Assembly (NCBI RefSeq): GCF_009914755.1
Contig: NC_060932.1
DNA length: 64,000 nt
Strand: one strand, 5' to 3'
From: the human T2T-CHM13v2.0 reference genome, Homo sapiens
The position numbers were made by a program, and so were the translations under genes. The notes beneath the pieces were generated by a model. The model saw nothing but the letters and a program-made list of their open reading frames with translations. It ran no database searches and had not been told where the DNA came from. Of this stretch, positions 56,849-64,000 are shown piece after piece. The stretch's first letter is position 1. Each line of letters starts with the position of its first letter.

Positions 56849-57840
56849 ATGCCTATTTTATAGTCGATGCATGGGCACACTGTTAGAGAACCCCAAATTG
56901 CAATATTCTTTCTTACCATTTTGTTATTGTTATTATTGTTTTTATTTTCTCTTACAGATATCTAATTTGATTTAACTGACATTTAGGATACTTCAAACCT
57001 TTTCTCAGGTTGGGTACAGGGATGCGGATAGTGCCTGGGAAGTGGTACGTCGACAAAAGTCTTTCTCTTACCATGTAGCCTGAGTTCTCTAGGTTTTGAA
57101 GACATTTCATTTGCCTGAGTAGCTTAAAGACACTGATGACTGTGCCAAGCCTCCAGGACTGTGGAGGAGAGGTGGTATCAGTGTGACTCTCTTTTGTATT
57201 CTGTCTGCTTGTACAATCTGGCAGCGCATGTGATTCTGACTCCATCTTCAGGATTTTTGGGTATATCAATATATCCAGACTATTTGTAAAATTTATTTGC
57301 TCTGCAATTCACTGTCACTTTTTAATTCAAAAACACATTTTTCTTTATCCACAAAAAATAATTTTTTACTGCTTGTTAATTCTTGCATCTCCATCCAGTT
57401 TTACTCCTTTAGGGCATTATAAGAATTATTTTTCTTGGATCTGCCTTCCAATTCACATATATTTTGTCTTAATATTTCTATCTAATTGTGTCTCTGATTT
57501 TTATACTGATAGGTACTTTTCCCATTTTTTATTCATGATATTAATTGGTTTTGTGGCACAAGTTTTTAAAGTTTTATTTTCTTCAACTCCTATTTTGATT
57601 CTTTTTTTCCCAACATCCTACTTCTCTTTGCTTGTTTATTTCTTTGGTCTTTTTGACATTTATCTTGGTCTCTAGAAGTCTCCCGCGAACACACAGAGGC
57701 CCAAGACTGCTTACACACTTCTATTTAAAAGAGAGGCCTAGGAAGGTAATTAAAGCTTGCGTGAATAACCGAGTCTTAACAGCCAGTGTGTGTCATTTAA
57801 GGGTAATCAGGTGACAACCGCCATCTGGCCGTTTCATCGT

Positions 57841-57856
57841 GGGGGGGGGGGGGGGG
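57841..57856. repeat. G16 homopolymer
   Basis: Directly visible. Confidence 0.95.
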
Positions 57857-59244
57857 CCCAAGCATCAGCATAAGTATATATGTTCTCAGTGATGGTTAAG
57901 TTTCAGCAAAAAAATCTCATCAACCTTCTGCTAGGGTGAAAGGTATATGACTGGTTGACAATGTTCCGAGGCCCCATTGGAAGGCAGAAACAAAGGATTT
58001 TGTAGTTCAGCATATTAACTTTCAGCCCATCAACCTGTTTTGAGTACCGTATTGCATGCCTGCACCCAACGCCCAGAGTCTGGGGTGTTCTGTTTTAATT
58101 TCTCTTGACACCCCGGCTCCCTTAGGGGAGAAGGGGATGTTGAGGGAGACTCACTGACCTGCTTCACATTCCTTCAGTCAACTTTTGTGTTCTTACCTTC
58201 ACTCCTTATTTCCACCATGAGAGTTTCACTATGCTTTGAATTACTGGGATTTCCACAATTAAGCAATGCAAATTATTGAATTATTTTGTTTATCTTATTT
58301 CTCATTTGTAATAACTTGTTATGTGAATTTTCTTTGTCATCAGTTATCACAAATACACCAACTTTATTGTTAAATATTTTTTCATCATCATTCATATTCT
58401 GGGGTCTCTTCTGTTTTCTTTAGGGTCTACTGTTCTTGGATGAATTATACATACGAGGCTTCAATGGATCTCATACGTTACCCATAGTTTTCCCATTTCC
58501 TTCATGGAATTTCTAAGTGTACTAGTTAAATTTGTTTTTCTCTTCAGTTCTTAAAGCCATTTGGGCACTGCAGTTGTATCTTACTGAGTTTGCCTTTGTT
58601 GTGTAAAATATCTTTTTTTTTTTCTCCCTCTTCAGTGTAAGCCACCTCTTCCAGATGTCTTTCCTTCCTCTGTAGATAGTTGGTTCTCCTTTGAGGATGG
58701 AAACCACCCACGCAGCTTGCCATTTTTATTAACATGATTTTATAATTCCCTGTTTTCAAGAACATAACTTTACTTGTGTTTCGCTTAGGATCCTAGGAGA
58801 TGCTTGCACCAGAAGATAAAGTTGCAACTAACTTTATTGCTTACTCCAAAGACTCATCCGTTCTTCAATAGGAAAATCAAAAGCCAGTTTAAAACAGTCT
58901 AAGACTTTCTGAACAATTCGGCCTCAAAATTCTTGGCATTGTCTGGCCACAAATTCTAAACAATTATATCATAATCTTTCCCCAAATTAACCAATATCCT
59001 GAATTGAAAGATGCACCATAAGTCAGATTTTTCAGTCTCAATAAATATCCTGAATTGTGTTTTACCTAATGGTTCAGCACGGATTCCCTGTGGGAGTACT
59101 GCTGGCCCTGGGTGCATAAGCAGTGAACCTGGCTTTGTCTTTTCAGCGGGCTTTTTGGTGATACTTTGCAGAACCAGCGTTGAATATCCTCATGGAATAG
59201 TCCCTTCTCTGCCGACTGATAGTGTTTCGCTTTGTCAGCACCCT

Positions 59245-59591
59245 TGCTGGGGACCAAATTGTGTCCTGCCGCAAGTCATACGGTGAAGCCTGAAGCCCCA
59301 GGGTGACTGTATTTGGAGACGAGGCCTTTAGGCAGGTAATTAAGGTTAAATGATGCCATAGGGTGTTGTCCAACAGACTTGGTGACTCCACAAAGGAAAT
59401 ACACCAAAGGAAGGCCAGATGAGGACACAGGGAGAAGTTGGCCATTTGCAACCTAGAAGAAGGCAGAACCTGACCGTGTGGGCGCCCTAATCTCAGACTT
59501 GCAGCTTCCAGAACTGCGAGATAATATATCTGTGCTGTTTAAGTCACGGGGTCTGTGGTAGGGTGTTATGGCAGCCACGGCTGTAAGACCA
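59245..59591 (+). mobile_element. MLT1A/B MaLR LTR
   Basis: AATTGTGTCC...GTGACTGTATTTGGAGA...GGTAATTAAGGTTAAATGA...CTCAGACTTGCAGCTTCCAGAACTG.GAGA...TGTTATGGCAGCC. Confidence 0.88.
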
Positions 59592-59780
59592 CCCATATGG
59601 TGGGTGCGGTCGGTGCCCCTGGGGCAGTAGCCAACAGGTGGTTAAGAGTGATGCTGCTTTTTTGCCCTCTTTTGGGAAGAAGGAAATGATTTGAGGGAAT
59701 GTTACCCTCTGCTAGTGAATTGGGTTGAGGCACCACTACTTCCTGATCAATTGGCTTCAAGCAGCATTTCTCCCTATTTT

Positions 59781-60096
59781 TGTTGTTGTTGTTGAAACAG
59801 AGTCTCACTGTATCACCCAGTCTGGAATGCAATGGCATTGCAACCTCAGCCTCCCAGGTTCATTGCAACCTCAACAACCTCAGCCTCCCAGGTTCAAGTG
59901 ATTCTCCTGCCTCAGCCTCCCTAGTAGCTGGAATTACAGGCACACGCCATGACACCCAGCTTTATTTTGTATTTTTAGTAGAGACGGGGTTTCACCTTGT
60001 TGACCAGGCTGGTCTCAAACTCCTGACCTCAAGTGATCTGCTGGTCTTGGCTTCCCAAAGTGCTGGGATTACAGGCGTGACCCACCACACCCAGCC
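59781..60096 (-). mobile_element. Alu SINE (AluS) with internal rearrangement
   Basis: TSD CATTT(C/A)TCCCTATTTT; (TTG)n tail; duplicated CATTGCAACCTCAGCCTCCCAGGTT. Confidence 0.95.
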
Positions 60097-60415
60097 CATT
60101 TATCCCTATTTTTTTTAATTTCAAGAGCAATATGTTGAGATATTGTCATCGCCTTTCCTGCTGACCAAAGTCCTGGTTGGCACAGCAGATGCAGGCTCCA
60201 CCCAGTGCTTGGTATTAAATCGTCTTAAGCCTTAAAAAGAGACAGGTTTTCTCCCCTGACATTAGCCCTTCAGTTTTTGCCTGGCAAGGAAAAAATGAAG
60301 AAGTGCTGATGACTTTTTTCTCTAGAATTCCTGAAAAAGTATGTAGTATTACCCCAACTTTTCTGCATATTCTCTACACTTCTCTTCTTGAATTTATGAT
60401 TTCTCATTTTCTTTC

Positions 60416-60752
<337 letters not shown>

Positions 60753-61036
60753 ATGATTTCTCATTTTCTTTCCTGAGAAATGCATCCATCCCAGACTTTG
60801 ACTTTTCAAAATTTTGTGTATTTTTTCATTGCCCACCAAGTGAAAGTCAGCATAGATTATTGATTAACTGTAAAAAATAAAATAATATATGTACTAGAAA
60901 TAACTTTATGAGAAAAAGTATGTAATTTTGTTATGGAGATGTCTATACCAGTCATATTTACTTTTCTCTGCCTCCTACTACTGTTGGTTGTTTAATTTCC
61001 ATACACTTAATTTTTAAACACTGGTGTAGATCATGC

Positions 61037-61403
61037 TGATATGGTTTGCTCTGTGTCCCCACCCAAATCTCATCTTGTAACTCCCAGAATTCCCACATGT
61101 TGTGGGAGGTATCCTGTGGGAGGTGATTGAATCCTGGGGTTGGGTCTTTTCAGTGCTATTCTCGAGATAGTGAATAAGTCTCACGAGATCTGATGGTTTT
61201 AAAAATGGGAGTTTCTCTGCACAAGCTCTGTCCTTGCCTGCCACCATCCACATAAGATGTGACTTGCTCCTCCTTGCCTTCTGCCATGATTGTGAGGCCT
61301 CCCCAGCCACGTAGACTGTGAGATCTCCATTCAGCCTTTTTCCTTTGTAAATTGCCCAGTCTCGGGTATGTCTTTATCAGCAACGTGAAAACGGACTAAT
61401 ACA
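61037..61403 (+). mobile_element. THE1B-like solo LTR
   Basis: TGATATGGTTTG...GTGAAAACGGACTAATACA; perfect TSD CATGC. Confidence 0.97.
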
Positions 61404-61699
61404 CATGCCATCCATTTTTCCTTCTCTGGCATAGTTTTTTTTTTTTCAGTTATTTCATCTGTATATATTTCAGTATTCATCTCTAAATATAGTGATTTTA
61501 AAAAACATCATTTTGCAATATGAAAAAGATAATTTCTTTGTATCATCAAGTACCCAACTGTGTTCATATTAATTGTTCATATTATGAACACATATTAACT
61601 GTGTTCATATTAATTCTTTCATGAAAAGACGTTCTAAAATGTAAAGTTCAATCTCTCGAAACTTTCCTTTTTGATTGGTGCTTTCTTTGTCTGATTATT

Positions 61700-61975
61700 G
61701 AAATCTTTCTATACCGTAAGGGCATGAAGATATTCTTCTCTATTTTGTACTAGAACTATTATTATTTGACCTTTACATTTAGGTATATAATGTGCTAGTA
61801 ACTGATGCTTATGTATTATGTGTAATTGGGGTCAATATTCATTTTTTCTACTTAATATCCAATTCACTCAGCATCATTTATTGAATATATCAACCTTTCC
61901 CTACTGAACTTCTGTGTACTCTTTATCCTAAATCACATAATTTTTTTCCCCATATACTTGTGGGTCTATCTCTAA
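61700..61975 (-). mobile_element. Ancient L1M fragment
   Basis: CATGAAGATATTCTTCT...CTTTACATTTAGGT...ATATCCAATT...CAGCATCATTTATTGAA. Confidence 0.6.
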
Positions 61976-62329
61976 AAACAGAATTTTGTTATGTCTGGGA
62001 AACAGTCAATGTCCCCATGGGGCAGCCTTTCTTATGGAACTGACATTTTTATCAGAGGCAGATAGTCTTTCTTTTATAAGCAGAAAATATTTTATTGTCC
62101 TCAAAATTGCTAAGAATGAATTAATCCTCATTTGCTATTAATTTCAATGTACTGTTCCCACACCCAGTAATAATAAATGTATAATTATGTTTCCCTTGAC
62201 CATTGATTTCAGTTGTGTTTTCTCACACCTGAATTATTTTATTAGTTATCTACTTTTGAGAAACAAGTTACACTAAAATATCTCAATCTAAATATTTTAA
62301 AGTACTAGCTATATTGTTTGCTCGCTTTG

Positions 62330-62560
62330 CTTATGGCCAGTAATTTGGGTTTGAGATTAGTTTGGCTATTCTGCTGCAGTCCTTGGAAAACAGCTCACTG
62401 GATGGCAGTAACCTCAATTCTCCACCCAGACTGGGTGGTGTAAGGTGTCCACACTCGTGCCTGTGCTGCTTGGGACTGGCGCCCAGCTAGGGTTCTCTCC
62501 ACATCATCTCTTATCCTCCAGGAGGATTACCTGGGCTTATTCAATGCGAACTCCCAGTGG
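62330..62560 (-). mobile_element. Old MaLR LTR fragment (MLT1)
   Basis: TGGCCAGTAATTTGGG...TTCTGCTG...CTCTCCACAT..TCTC.TATCCTCCAG...CCTGGGCTT. Confidence 0.45.
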
Positions 62561-62772
62561 AAACCCCATTTCCGGCAAAAAAGCACAATAGAAGCCACTT
62601 AGCCATGAGACTGTAAAATAAGAAAAAGAAAAATAATCGAGAGAAGAATAAAGGTGTTCCAGGGCAAGAAACTAAAACATATTTCTAAAACTGAGCTGCA
62701 GATAGAATTCCTGGTTTCCTGGTAGTTAAAGAAAGAGACAAAGTGTAAGGAGTTACACAGTTATTGTCATTA

Positions 62773-63084
<312 letters not shown>

Positions 63085-63924
63085 TTAACTTACTTCCCAA
63101 ATGGTACATTGTGTGGAAGCTATTCACTGCACACTAAAACAATAGTAAAAGCAATATACCTCTGAATTGTTACATAAAACATACAGTTCTAAATGGGTGT
63201 GTTTATTTTTATACACAAACATGAATATAATGTATGTAGAAAATGTGTGGTACATAGAAGATTAAGATATGTTAGGACTCTAGCTCCTTCAGGAACTCAC
63301 TTCTATATAGTGCCTTTTAAATTATTGTCACACCTCCTTTAACTATAGATATAGTAATAGCAATCTTCAGTGATCCACAATGGGTTATATAAATCTCCCA
63401 CTTCAAAACCTTAATACAGAATTATGTTTCTGTGAAAAAGTTAACTTGGTGTTGAAAACAAAATGTATTTTCATTTTCCCCCTTTTCCCTATATTACTTA
63501 AAACATAATAATTTATTGTTAGAGGGCATTCAGTGGACCAGTGACACTATTTACTTTAATTCAGGTAAAATAGAAATATTAGCACAATTTATTTATTGAA
63601 ATATCAAATTGAAAACAGACAAAAAGTCAGTGAATTTGAGATCTATTACATTTTCCAGTGTACTAAGAGTTAAACATGTATTCTGTTGTAATATTACTCT
63701 AATACTTGATACATTATCTATTCCTCGTTCAAGTGATTCAATACAAATTTTATTTTGTAGCATTATGAAGATCAGTAATGTTTCAAACAGTGGAGTTTCA
63801 AACTTTAAAAATGTGTGTGTGATGTTTCCCTGAACCCATATGCAAAATGTCTGAGAACAGAATAGAACTAGCATTCAGATCTTGGTTCTGAATACTCTTC
63901 TCCAGTATAAGGAATCAGCGCTCT

Positions 63925-64000
63925 TTGAAGAAATGCCTGATTCCACCTCTGGGGCAGGACATGAGCAAGATGAGCCTGGGGCATCTTACAGTGCCTGAAA
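63925..64000 (+). mobile_element. L1MC/MD-type 3' UTR fragment (continues beyond window)
   Basis: GAAGAAATG.CTGATTCCA...CTGGGGCAGG...CAAGATGAGCCTGG..CATCTT motif. Confidence 0.5.

Noticed and set aside
59072-59090. TTCAGCAC as a REST/NRSE site (also at ~47797)
   Set aside because: Only the left half-site; the GGACAG right half is absent

Overview
This is primate (very probably human) non-coding genomic DNA, AT-rich and dense in transposable-element relics. I can support about 18 Alu elements (J/S/Y types and two monomers), L1 fragments from young L1PA to ancient L1M, five THE1 solo LTRs plus MST/MLT1/MLT2 and other ERV-type LTRs, DNA-transposon relics (Tigger2a, Tigger3-type, MER30, MER20-like, a mini-MADE1), MIR/L2 fragments, microsatellites, a 73-bp minisatellite and several local duplications. 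No host protein-coding gene, RNA gene or CRISPR array is supported. The only long ORF (353 aa) is the C-terminal part of L1 ORF2, and the other ORFs are repeat-derived or chance. A few AG...GT-bounded segments could be exons of a + strand lncRNA (inference only). I found no evidence for a new multi-gene biological system. The most interesting signals are structural: four consecutive 5'-inverted (twin-priming-type) L1 insertions within ~10 kb, a double hairpin written into a THE1 LTR end, an LTR-derived VNTR with higher-order structure, and nested insertions that date elements relative to each other. Subfamily names come from recalled consensus motifs and need RepeatMasker/Dfam confirmation.
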